From: an uncultured Chloroflexia bacterium
Lineage (GTDB): Bacteria; Chloroflexota; Limnocylindria; Limnocylindrales; CSP1-4
Reading direction: 5' to 3'
Assembly: GCA_963823925.1 (NCBI GenBank)
Contig: CAWGNI010000010.1
Span: 279,424-343,423, forward strand
Length of the DNA: 64,000 bases
Below the pieces are notes generated by a model. The model was not told where the DNA came from, searched no databases, and saw only the letters and a program-made list of their open reading frames with translations. A program made the position numbers and the translations under genes. This document shows positions 51,155 to 59,816 of this stretch, piece after piece; the first letter of the stretch is position 1, and each line of letters begins with the position of its first letter.

Positions 51155-52858
51155 TCAAGAGACCTTCGAAGCCGTATTGAAGAACGCCTGGCCCAGACCA
51201 CTGGAGTAGAACCCGGTGAACTGGTTCGAGGAACCACTGAGGAAGTTGTAGAAGTACGGCACACCGATCGGCACCTCGTCGTTGAGGATGGTTTCGATCT
51301 TGCCGCAGGCGGCCTTCTGGGCATCGACGCCGACCGACGTCTGGAATTCCTTGAAGGCGGCGTCGTATGCCGCCGATGAGTACTGGGACGAGTTCCAGAC
51401 GCCCTTCGTCGACAACGCCGAGTTCAGGTAGACGTCCGGTGTCGCCCGATGTCCATAGTCGACGATGCCGAGCTCGGCAGCGCCGGAACACGGTGGGTCG
51501 GCCGGCTCGGGCGGGCACCACTGTGCACCGTAGAACGTGTCGAGGCTCTCGACGGCGACCGTCAGGTTGATCCCGGCCGGCTCCGCCTGGCTCTTGAGGA
51601 GCGTCGCGAGGTCAGGGATCTCCAGGATCTGGCCGCAGTGCAACGTCGCCGACAGCCCCGTCGCGTTGGCGTCTGCCAGGAGTTGCTTTGCCTGATCGAT
51701 GTTCTGCGCCCGCTGGGGCACGGACGAATCGAAGTACGGGTAGACCGGAGCGATGACATGGTCATTGCCCAGATCCGCCTTGCCCTGGAACAGCTGCTGG
51801 ATGAGGGCCGGCCGGTCGAACGTGAGGGCCAGCGCCTGGCGGACCCGCTTGTCAACGAACTGTCCCGTGTCCGTGCGCATCCAGATCTGGCGATGGAGGG
51901 CCGCCTGAAGGGCGACGCTCGTGAAGTTCGGGTCGTCCAGCAGGGACTTTCCGGACAGGACATCGAACTGGATGATGGCGTCCACCTGGCCGCCCTGATA
52001 GGCGGTGACCATCGGCCCGGTGGCGTCGAAATAGATCCACTCGACCGTGTCGAGCGGTGTCTTGGCACCCCACCAGGCATCGTTCCGGGCGAACGTGGCG
52101 CCGCTGGCCTGGTTGTAGTTGACGAGCTTCCAGGCGCCGGTGCCGTTCGGGCTCCCGTCGAGGGTCGTGCCGGTCGTGTAGGCCGCCGGTGTGATGAGCG
52201 TCTGCGCATTGAAGACCGAAACGAGGTACGGGAAGTTGCCGTTCGGGTTCGCCAGGTTGAAGGTGACCGTGTTCGCGTCGGTCGCCACCGCGCCACCGCT
52301 CTCGAGCACGCCCTTCAGGCCGGAGTTGCCGGACTCGACCAGGCGCTCCATCGTGGCCACGACATCGGCCGAGGTGAAGTCCGTGCCGTCCTGCCACTTG
52401 ACGCCCTGGCGGAGATCGAAGACCCACACGCTGCCGGTGTCGTTCGGCGTCCACTTGGTGGCCAGGCCCGGAGCGAGCAGGACCAGGGGCTGACTCGGGT
52501 CCGAAGTGCACAGGAACTCGAACGACATCGCCGTGGTGCCGTATGAGCCGAGGTCCTGCATCAGGATCGGATCCAGGGGGCCCGACGGCCGCTGCGCCGC
52601 GACCCGGATCGTGCCGCCGGCGACGGGCGGAGCCGCGCTGGCGCCGGCACTGGCCCCGGTCGTCGGCGCCGCTCCGGTCGCGCTCGAGCTGCCGCAGGCG
52701 GCGATGACCGCGCTGATCGAGGCCATCGACAGGCCGACGATCGCGCCACGTTGCATGAATTCGCGGCGGCTCAATCGGCCGCGGGCGAACGACTCGACGA
52801 CGTCCAGCTGCAGCGGGGTGGTGTCCTGACGAACCTTGTCAAGCTTGGAATAGTCCAT
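51155..52858 (-). CDS. Family 5 ABC substrate-binding lipoprotein with twin-arginine signal
   Basis: LSRREFMQR Tat motif, lipobox IAAC, PGLATKW, FDLRQGVKWQDG, NGTGAWKL and RVRQALAL. Confidence 0.92.
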   Translation of the reverse strand: MDYSKLDKVRQDTTPLQLDVVESFARGRLSRREFMQRGAIVGLSMASISAVIAACGSSSATGAAPTTGASAGASAAPPVAGGTIRVAAQRPSGPLDPILMQDLGSYGTTAMSFEFLCTSDPSQPLVLLAPGLATKWTPNDTGSVWVFDLRQGVKWQDGTDFTSADVVATMERLVESGNSGLKGVLESGGAVATDANTVTFNLANPNGNFPYLVSVFNAQTLITPAAYTTGTTLDGSPNGTGAWKLVNYNQASGATFARNDAWWGAKTPLDTVEWIYFDATGPMVTAYQGGQVDAIIQFDVLSGKSLLDDPNFTSVALQAALHRQIWMRTDTGQFVDKRVRQALALTFDRPALIQQLFQGKADLGNDHVIAPVYPYFDSSVPQRAQNIDQAKQLLADANATGLSATLHCGQILEIPDLATLLKSQAEPAGINLTVAVESLDTFYGAQWCPPEPADPPCSGAAELGIVDYGHRATPDVYLNSALSTKGVWNSSQYSSAAYDAAFKEFQTSVGVDAQKAACGKIETILNDEVPIGVPYFYNFLSGSSNQFTGFYSSGLGQAFFNTASKVS

Positions 52859-53035
52859 GGGTCTGGAACCTCCGGGGCGACAAGTGGGCGGCGGGACTCA
52901 CGACCATGATCGACCGCGAGCGACAACGCGATACCGGCTCTGTGTCTCCCCAGCCGGTCCGTGAGTGTGTCGGAACCGTACCGGCCGACCTCTCGACTGT
53001 CAACGCTCGGTGACCCCAGGCGCGATACTTCGCGG

Positions 53036-54145
53036 ATGCGAATCACGGCCATCCGGATCGACCGGGCCACCCTGCCGCTGTCGCCGCCGTTCCCGGCGGC
53101 ATGGGATCCGATCCCTCGTGAGTCCTTCGCGGCCACGATCGTCCGAGTCGAGACCGATGCGGGGATCGTCGGGATCGGGTCGGGCGACACGATGGATGGC
53201 TTCGGGGCGTTCAGCCACCTGTTCCTCGGCGAGGACCCGTTGGCCATCGCCCGTCATGTCCGGGTGCTCGAGACGATCGACTTCCATGGCAGTCGCTACT
53301 GGCCGCTCGAGGTCGCCCTGTGGGACATCATCGGGCAGGTCGCCGGGTTGCCGGTGGCGACCTTGTTCGGCGGCACGCTCGACGGGATCCCGGCCTACGC
53401 ATCGTGCGGGATGTTGCTCCCGGCGGCGGCCCGCGCCGAAGCAGCGCTGCGCTTCCGGGAGGAAGGCTTCCGAGCCCTCAAGATCCGGGTCGACCCGGAA
53501 CATCTCGAGGATGGTCTCGCGGCGGTCACCGCGACGCGGGCGGCAGTCGGCGACTCGATGGCGATCATGGTCGATCTCAACCAGGGCTGGCGGATGGCCG
53601 GTGACGTGCGCCGCTCGCTGGACCCCGTCGCGGCGCGCGAGGTCGCGGCCCGGCTCGCCGACGATGGCGTGCTCTGGGTGGAGGAACCGCTGGCGGGGAC
53701 CGACCTGCGTGGCCTGGCTGCCCTGCGCGCATCGGGTCCCGGCATCCGGGTGGCGGGCGGCGAGATGACCCGGACGTTCACCGAGCTCCTGGCTGCCCTC
53801 GACGCCGACGCGTTCGACGTCCACCAGCCCGACGTCGTCCTGGCCGCCGGGATGTCGCGCGGCCGGACCATCGCCGAGCTTGCCATGGCGCGCAACCGCT
53901 GGTACTCACCGCACACCTGGACGAACGGGATCGGGCTGCTGGCCAACCTGCACGTCGCTGCCGGCGTCGGTGGTGGCCCGTTCATCGAGTACCCGTACGA
54001 CCCGCCCGGCTGGACCGCGGAGCGACGCGACTTCATGCTCGCCGAACCGATCCGCCCGGGCCCCGATGGGATCCTGCGCGTCCCGACCGCGCCAGGGCTC
54101 GGGATCGTCCTCGACGAGGCGGCGATCACCAGGTATGCGGGATGA
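53036..54145 (+). CDS. Mandelate racemase/muconate-lactonising (enolase superfamily) enzyme
   Basis: VRVETDAGIVGIG, EVALWDIIG, ALKIRV, MVDLNQG (D), WVEEP (E), AGGE (E), HQPD and YSPHTW. Confidence 0.92.
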   Translation: MRITAIRIDRATLPLSPPFPAAWDPIPRESFAATIVRVETDAGIVGIGSGDTMDGFGAFSHLFLGEDPLAIARHVRVLETIDFHGSRYWPLEVALWDIIGQVAGLPVATLFGGTLDGIPAYASCGMLLPAAARAEAALRFREEGFRALKIRVDPEHLEDGLAAVTATRAAVGDSMAIMVDLNQGWRMAGDVRRSLDPVAAREVAARLADDGVLWVEEPLAGTDLRGLAALRASGPGIRVAGGEMTRTFTELLAALDADAFDVHQPDVVLAAGMSRGRTIAELAMARNRWYSPHTWTNGIGLLANLHVAAGVGGGPFIEYPYDPPGWTAERRDFMLAEPIRPGPDGILRVPTAPGLGIVLDEAAITRYAG

Positions 54146-55656
54146 CCTCGGCACCGACGAACCCGACCGTGGACGACTGGATCGCCCGGGCGGCCGAGGT
54201 GGCGCCGCGGACCGAGCTGTTCATCGATGGGCGGTTCGTCCCGGCCGCGTCGGGCCGGACGTTCGACGACGTCGCCGGGCGGGACGGGCAACGGATCGCC
54301 ACGGTGGCCGAGGCGTCGGTCGAGGACGTCGACCTGGCCGTTCAGGCGGCCCGGCGTTCGTTCGACGACCGGCGATGGAGTGACCAGCCGCCCGCGGCGC
54401 GAAAGCGGGTCCTCCTGCGCCTGGCGGAACTCGTTCGCGAACACACGGACGAGCTCGCGCTGCTCGAGTCCCTCGACGTCGGCAAACCCATCCGCGACAC
54501 CCTGGCCGTGGACGTCCCGGGTGCCGCCACGACCTTCCAGTGGTACGCAGAGACGATCGACAAGACCTACGGCGAGGTCGGACCGACCGGTCCCGATGCG
54601 CTCTCGCTGGTGACCCGCGAGCCGATCGGTGTGGTCGCCGCGATCGTGCCCTGGAACTACCCGCTGATCATCACCGCCTGGAAGCTCGGGGCGGCGCTCG
54701 CGACGGGCAACTCGGTGGTGCTCAAACCCGCCAGCCAATCGCCGCTGACCGCGCTCCGTCTGGCGGAGCTCGCCGCCGCCGCCGGCCTGCCCGACGGCGT
54801 GCTCAACGTCGTCGCCGGTCCTGGGGCGGTCGTCGGCGACGCCCTGGCTCGACATCCAGGGGTCGACAAGATCGCGTTCACCGGGTCGACGACGGTCGGC
54901 AAGTCGCTCCTTCGGGCAGTCGGCGAGTCCGACGTCAAGGCCATCTCGCTGGAACTCGGCGGCAAGAGTCCGCAGGTGGTCCTCGCCGACGTCGGCGACC
55001 TCGACACGGCGGCTTCGGCGATCGGCTGGGGGATCTTCTACAACAGCGGCCAGACCTGCAACGCCGGCTCCCGGCTGGTCGTCCACCGCTCGGTGCGCCA
55101 GGAACTCGTCGACCGGATCGCGGCCCTCGGTCGGACGCTGGCGCCCGGGGACCCGCTCGATCCCCGGACCCGGCTCGGCTCGATCGTGGACGGCCGCCAG
55201 CTCGAGAAGATCCTCGGATACGTGGCCATCGGCCGGACGGAGGGAGCCGCGGTCCTTGCCGGCGGCGAGCGCGTGCGAGAGGAAAGCGGCGGCTACTTCG
55301 TCGGTCCGACCATCCTCGACGGCGTCAGCAATTCGATGCGGGTGGCCCGCGAGGAGATCTTCGGACCCGTCCTGACCGTGACCGAGTTCGAGGACGAGGA
55401 CGAAGCGATCGCGATCGCCAACGACACGCCGTACGGTCTCGCCGCCGGCGTCTGGACCCGCGACGTCAACCGTGCCCATCGCCTGTCGCGTCGGATCCGG
55501 GCCGGGGTCGTGTGGGTCAACACCTTCGACACTGCCGACATCACCGTCCCGTTCGGTGGCTTCAAGCAATCGGGCTTCGGGCGCGACAAGGGACTCCACG
55601 CCCTCGAGGGGTACAGCCAGCTCAAGACGACCTGGTTCGACCTGTCCGGAGGCTGA
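54142..55656 (+). CDS. Aldehyde dehydrogenase (PuuC-like)
   Basis: IVPWNYP, LKPASQS, FTGSTTVG, LELGGKSP, YNSGQTCNAGSR, EEIFGPV and GGFKQSG. Confidence 0.93.
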   Translation: MTSAPTNPTVDDWIARAAEVAPRTELFIDGRFVPAASGRTFDDVAGRDGQRIATVAEASVEDVDLAVQAARRSFDDRRWSDQPPAARKRVLLRLAELVREHTDELALLESLDVGKPIRDTLAVDVPGAATTFQWYAETIDKTYGEVGPTGPDALSLVTREPIGVVAAIVPWNYPLIITAWKLGAALATGNSVVLKPASQSPLTALRLAELAAAAGLPDGVLNVVAGPGAVVGDALARHPGVDKIAFTGSTTVGKSLLRAVGESDVKAISLELGGKSPQVVLADVGDLDTAASAIGWGIFYNSGQTCNAGSRLVVHRSVRQELVDRIAALGRTLAPGDPLDPRTRLGSIVDGRQLEKILGYVAIGRTEGAAVLAGGERVREESGGYFVGPTILDGVSNSMRVAREEIFGPVLTVTEFEDEDEAIAIANDTPYGLAAGVWTRDVNRAHRLSRRIRAGVVWVNTFDTADITVPFGGFKQSGFGRDKGLHALEGYSQLKTTWFDLSGG

Positions 55657-55757
55657 GCCGGCGGCTCCGAGCCGCGGCCCCCGGTTTGCCGTTAGCATGC
55701 TAGGCGTCGTCGACGCCCCGGATCGGGCCGTCGAGGCAACGTCGGACAGGAGTGCCT

Positions 55758-57323
55758 GTGACGGACATGGACACGGACGCGGGCCAGGGTCTTCGACGTC
55801 GCCGTTCAGGTGGACGCGAGGGTCACGCTCGGAGCGCCCTGCCCCAGCAGCGACCGTGGGCCCAGCCACGGATGCGCTATCCCCCGACCGAGCTGATCTC
55901 GGCCGATGAACTCGAGTCGATCCACCTTGGCTCGCTGCGGGTGCTGTCCGAGATCGGGATGGACTTCCTCGACCCAGAGGCCCGCGAGATCCTGCGCGGC
56001 GCCGGTGCCACCGTCGAATCGGACTCCCAGCGCGTCCGGTTCCCGCCCGCGATGGTCGACGAGATCATCAGGACCGCGCCGTCGACGTTCACGCTGCATG
56101 CCCGCAATCCGGCCCATGACGTTCGCCTCGGCGGCGACTGGATCGCGTTCGGGACCGTCGGCAGTCCGCCGAACGTGGCCGACCTGGACCGGGGACGTCG
56201 GATCGGCAACCGGGCGGACTACCAGAACCTGCTGCGGCTCTCCCAGATGCTCAACGCCGTCCACTTCATGGCGGGATACCCGGTCGAGCCGGTCGACCTG
56301 CACCACAGCGTCCGGCACCTCCATGCGACCTACGACGCCCTGACCCTGATGGACAAGGTGGTCCACGCCTACAGCCTCGGCCGCCAGCGCAATATCGACT
56401 GTCTCGAGATGGTCCGGATCGCCCGCGGCATCGACATGGACACGATCGACCGCGAGCCATCCGTGATGACCGTCGTCAACTCGAGTTCGCCGCTGCGCCT
56501 GGACACTCCGATGCTCCAGGGGATGATCGAGTTCGCGTCCCACAACCAGGTGGTCTGCATCACGCCGTTCACGCTCGCCGGCGCGATGGCCCCGGTGACC
56601 CTGGCCGGCGCACTCGCCGAGCAGAACGCCGAAGCCCTGGCCGGGATCGTCATGACCCAGGCCGTCCGACCCGGCGCGCCGGTGATCTACGGCGGCTTCA
56701 CGTCGAATGTCGACATGCAATCGGGCGCGCCAGCGTTCGGGACGCCGGAGTACATGCGGACGGCGATGATCGGCGGCCAGCTCGCCCGTCGGTACGGTGT
56801 CCCGTACCGCTCCTCGAACGTGTGTGCCGCGAATGCGCTCGATGCCCAGGCGGCGTACGAATCGGTCTTCTCCCTGTGGGGCGCGATCATGGGCGGGGTC
56901 AACCTGCTGATGCACGGCGCCGGCTGGATGGAAGGCGGACTCCACGCCAGCTACGAGAAGATGATCCTGGACGCGGAACTCCTCGAGATGGTCGAGGCCT
57001 TCCTCGAGCCGGTGATCGTCGACGCTGACACCCTCGGCTTCTCGGCGATGGAGGAGGTCGGCCCGGGGGGCCACTTCTTCGGGGCCGCGCACACCCAGGA
57101 GCGGTATCGGACGGCCTTCCACAAGCCGATGCTGAGCGACTGGCGGAACTACGAGACGTGGCAGGAGGCCGGCTCGCCCGAGCTGCCGTCCAAGGCCAAT
57201 CGGATCTGGAAGGAGCTGCTCGCGGCGTACGAACCGCCACCGATCGATCCGGCCGTCGCCGAGGAACTCGAGGCGTTCGTAGCTCGACGTGTCGCCGAGG
57301 GCGGCGTCCCGACGGACTACTGA
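55758..57323 (+). CDS. MttB-superfamily methyltransferase, pyrrolysine-free, copy 2
   Basis: LISADELESIH, RVRFP, PVEPVDL, NSSSPLRLD, TPFTLAGAMAPVT, SGAPAFGTPE, DAQAAYES and HGAGWMEGGL; no in-frame TAG. AGGAG SD before GTG 55758. Confidence 0.92.
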   Translation: MTDMDTDAGQGLRRRRSGGREGHARSALPQQRPWAQPRMRYPPTELISADELESIHLGSLRVLSEIGMDFLDPEAREILRGAGATVESDSQRVRFPPAMVDEIIRTAPSTFTLHARNPAHDVRLGGDWIAFGTVGSPPNVADLDRGRRIGNRADYQNLLRLSQMLNAVHFMAGYPVEPVDLHHSVRHLHATYDALTLMDKVVHAYSLGRQRNIDCLEMVRIARGIDMDTIDREPSVMTVVNSSSPLRLDTPMLQGMIEFASHNQVVCITPFTLAGAMAPVTLAGALAEQNAEALAGIVMTQAVRPGAPVIYGGFTSNVDMQSGAPAFGTPEYMRTAMIGGQLARRYGVPYRSSNVCAANALDAQAAYESVFSLWGAIMGGVNLLMHGAGWMEGGLHASYEKMILDAELLEMVEAFLEPVIVDADTLGFSAMEEVGPGGHFFGAAHTQERYRTAFHKPMLSDWRNYETWQEAGSPELPSKANRIWKELLAAYEPPPIDPAVAEELEAFVARRVAEGGVPTDY

Positions 57324-57362
57324 ACCCAGCCGGCCCCGCCGGCTCGAGCGAAGGGGAGCACC

Positions 57363-59816
57363 ATGAAGTCATCCGCCCAGGTCGTCGTCATCGGTGGTGG
57401 CGTCGTCGGTGCGAGCGTCCTGTATCACCTGACCAAGGCGGGCTGGACCGACGTCGTCCTGCTCGAGCGTCGTGAACTGACGGCCGGGTCGACCTGGCAT
57501 GCCGCCGGCGGGATGCACACGCTCAACGGCGATCCCAACGTGGCCAAGCTTCAGCAATACACGATCAAGTTGTACGAGGAGATCGAGCGGGTCTCCGGGC
57601 AGGATTGCTCGATCCACCTGCCCGGCGGGCTGATGCTCGCGGACACGGAGGTCCGGATGGACTTCCTGCGGATGGCCGTGGCGCGCGGCCGATATCTGGG
57701 CATGGAACTGGAGCTGATCAGCGCCAGGGAGGCGCAGGATCTCTTCCCGCTGATGGACGCCCAGTATTTCGTCGGCGCGCTGTGGGACCCGATCGAAGGA
57801 CATCTGGACCCGACCGGGGTGACGCGGGCCTATGTCAAGTGCGCCCAGTTGGCCGGCGCGGAGGTCTACCAGCAGACCCCGGTCGTCGGCTTGACCCAGC
57901 GCGCCGACGACACGTGGGACGTCCGGGTGGAGAGCGGCGACGTGATCCACGCGGAGCATGTCGTCAACGCCGGGGGCCTGTGGGCTCGCGAAGTCGGTCG
58001 GATGGTCGGTCTGGAACTGCCGATCCTGGCGATGGAGCACATGTACCTGCTCACCGACGACATGCCGGAGGTCAAGGCGTTCAATGCGAGCACCGGCAAG
58101 GAGGTGCCCGGCGTCCTCGACTTCGGCGGCGAGGTCTACCTCCGTCAAGAGGGCCAGGGGATGCTCCTCGGCACCTACGAGCAGGCGTCGGTCCCGTGGT
58201 CGCCGAAGGCGACGCCGTGGGACTTCGGCTCGCAGCTGCTGAAGCCCGACATCGACCGGATCACCCCGGAGCTCCAGGTCGCCTTCCAGCACTACCCGGC
58301 GATGGGTACGATCGGCATCCGTCGGGTCGTCAACGGACCGTTCACCTTCTCGCCGGACGGGAACCCGGTCGTCGGCCCGATCCCCGGCCTGCCTGGCTTC
58401 TGGGTCGCCTGCGGGGTGATGGCCGGCCTGTCCCAGGGTGGTGGGGTCGGGCTCGCCCTGGCCGCCTGGATGACCGCCGGCCGGGACAGCGACTCGGGTA
58501 TGGACGTGTGGGCGATGGATGTCGCTCGCTACGGCGACTACGCGACGATGGGCTACACGAACGCCAAGGTCCAGGAGAACTACCGTCGGCGCTTCCAGAT
58601 CACCTTCCCGAACGAAGAGCTGCCGGCCGGCAGGCCGCTCCACACGACCCCGATCTACGACCGATTGAGCGCTGCCAACGCCGTCTGGGGTGCGTCGTAT
58701 GGCCTCGAGCACGCCCTGTGGTTCCAGGACGCGGGCCTGCCGCCGGTGGAGGACGTCACGTTCCGGCGCTCGAACGCCTGGGACCCCGTCGCCGCGGAAG
58801 TCAAGGCCGTGCGCGAACGGGTCGGTCTCACGGAGATCTCCAACTTCGCCAAGTACCGAGTCCGTGGTCCGGCCGCAGAGGCATGGCTGTCGTCGCTCCT
58901 GACCAATCGGATGCCCAGGGTCGGCCGGATCGCGCTGACGGCGATGCTCAACGATCAGGGCCGGATCGTCGGGGAATTCACGGTGGCGCGGGCCGCTGCC
59001 GATGACTTCTTCCTGTTCGGGTCACAGGCCGCCGAGACGCATCACGGCCGCTGGTTCCGAAGTCACCTTCCGACCGACGGGTCGGTCACCTTCGAGGTCC
59101 TCGGGCTCGGCCTGGTCGGGCTGTCGGTGGCCGGACCGAAGGCTCGCGAGGTGCTCCAGGCGGTCACCGACGAGGACGTGTCCGGCGAGGCACTCCGGTT
59201 CCTCGACTTCCGCGAGCTGGATCTCGGGATGATCCCCGCGCGCGTCGGTCGGCTGTCGTACAGCGGCGACCTTGGCTACGAGTTGTGGGTGGCGCCCGAG
59301 TACCAGCGGGCCCTGTACGACCGGCTGATGACGGCGGGCGCCGCCCACGGCATCCGTCTGTTCGGGTTCCGGGCGCTGATGTCGCTCCGGCTCGAGAAGA
59401 GCTTCGGCACCTGGTTCCGTGAGTACCGGCCGATCTACACGATCCCTGAAGCCGGGATCGGCCACTACGTGAAGCTCGACCACGACTTCATCGGGCGCGA
59501 GGCCTACGAAACCCAGCTGGCCGCTGGACCGACACGCCGCCTGGTGATGCTCGTCGTCGAGCCCGACCCCGACGATCCGGCGGACGTCATCGGCGACGAG
59601 CCGATCTGGCACCGCGACCAGGTCGTCGGCTGGGTGACGTCGGGCGGCTACGGCCACTCCGCCGGGGTATCGCTGGCGCTTGGCTACGTTCCCACGGAAC
59701 TCGCCTCGCTCGAAGGCGATGGCGAGTTCGAGATCGAGATCATCGGCCGGCGGCGCCCCGCCCGCATCCAGCCACGACCCGTGGTCGATCCCGAGGGTCT
59801 GCGGATGCGCCAGTGA
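57363..59816 (+). CDS. Dimethylglycine-dehydrogenase-like FAD oxidoreductase with GcvT folate domain
   Basis: VVIGGGVVG, LTAGSTWHAAG (covalent-FAD His motif), NGPFTFSPDG, GLSQGGGVG and GcvT domains (LNDQGRI, SLRLEKSF, GDEPIW). Confidence 0.92.
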   Translation: MKSSAQVVVIGGGVVGASVLYHLTKAGWTDVVLLERRELTAGSTWHAAGGMHTLNGDPNVAKLQQYTIKLYEEIERVSGQDCSIHLPGGLMLADTEVRMDFLRMAVARGRYLGMELELISAREAQDLFPLMDAQYFVGALWDPIEGHLDPTGVTRAYVKCAQLAGAEVYQQTPVVGLTQRADDTWDVRVESGDVIHAEHVVNAGGLWAREVGRMVGLELPILAMEHMYLLTDDMPEVKAFNASTGKEVPGVLDFGGEVYLRQEGQGMLLGTYEQASVPWSPKATPWDFGSQLLKPDIDRITPELQVAFQHYPAMGTIGIRRVVNGPFTFSPDGNPVVGPIPGLPGFWVACGVMAGLSQGGGVGLALAAWMTAGRDSDSGMDVWAMDVARYGDYATMGYTNAKVQENYRRRFQITFPNEELPAGRPLHTTPIYDRLSAANAVWGASYGLEHALWFQDAGLPPVEDVTFRRSNAWDPVAAEVKAVRERVGLTEISNFAKYRVRGPAAEAWLSSLLTNRMPRVGRIALTAMLNDQGRIVGEFTVARAAADDFFLFGSQAAETHHGRWFRSHLPTDGSVTFEVLGLGLVGLSVAGPKAREVLQAVTDEDVSGEALRFLDFRELDLGMIPARVGRLSYSGDLGYELWVAPEYQRALYDRLMTAGAAHGIRLFGFRALMSLRLEKSFGTWFREYRPIYTIPEAGIGHYVKLDHDFIGREAYETQLAAGPTRRLVMLVVEPDPDDPADVIGDEPIWHRDQVVGWVTSGGYGHSAGVSLALGYVPTELASLEGDGEFEIEIIGRRRPARIQPRPVVDPEGLRMRQ

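Noticed and set aside
53036-54145. Assignment as the proline-betaine epimerase HpbD
   Set aside because: The catalytic pattern (KxR plus His at strand 7) does not fit the Lys/Lys MLE-type active site of HpbD.
43366-57323. Pyrrolysine recoding in the MttB genes
   Set aside because: Neither gene has an in-frame TAG, and there are no pyl genes in the window.
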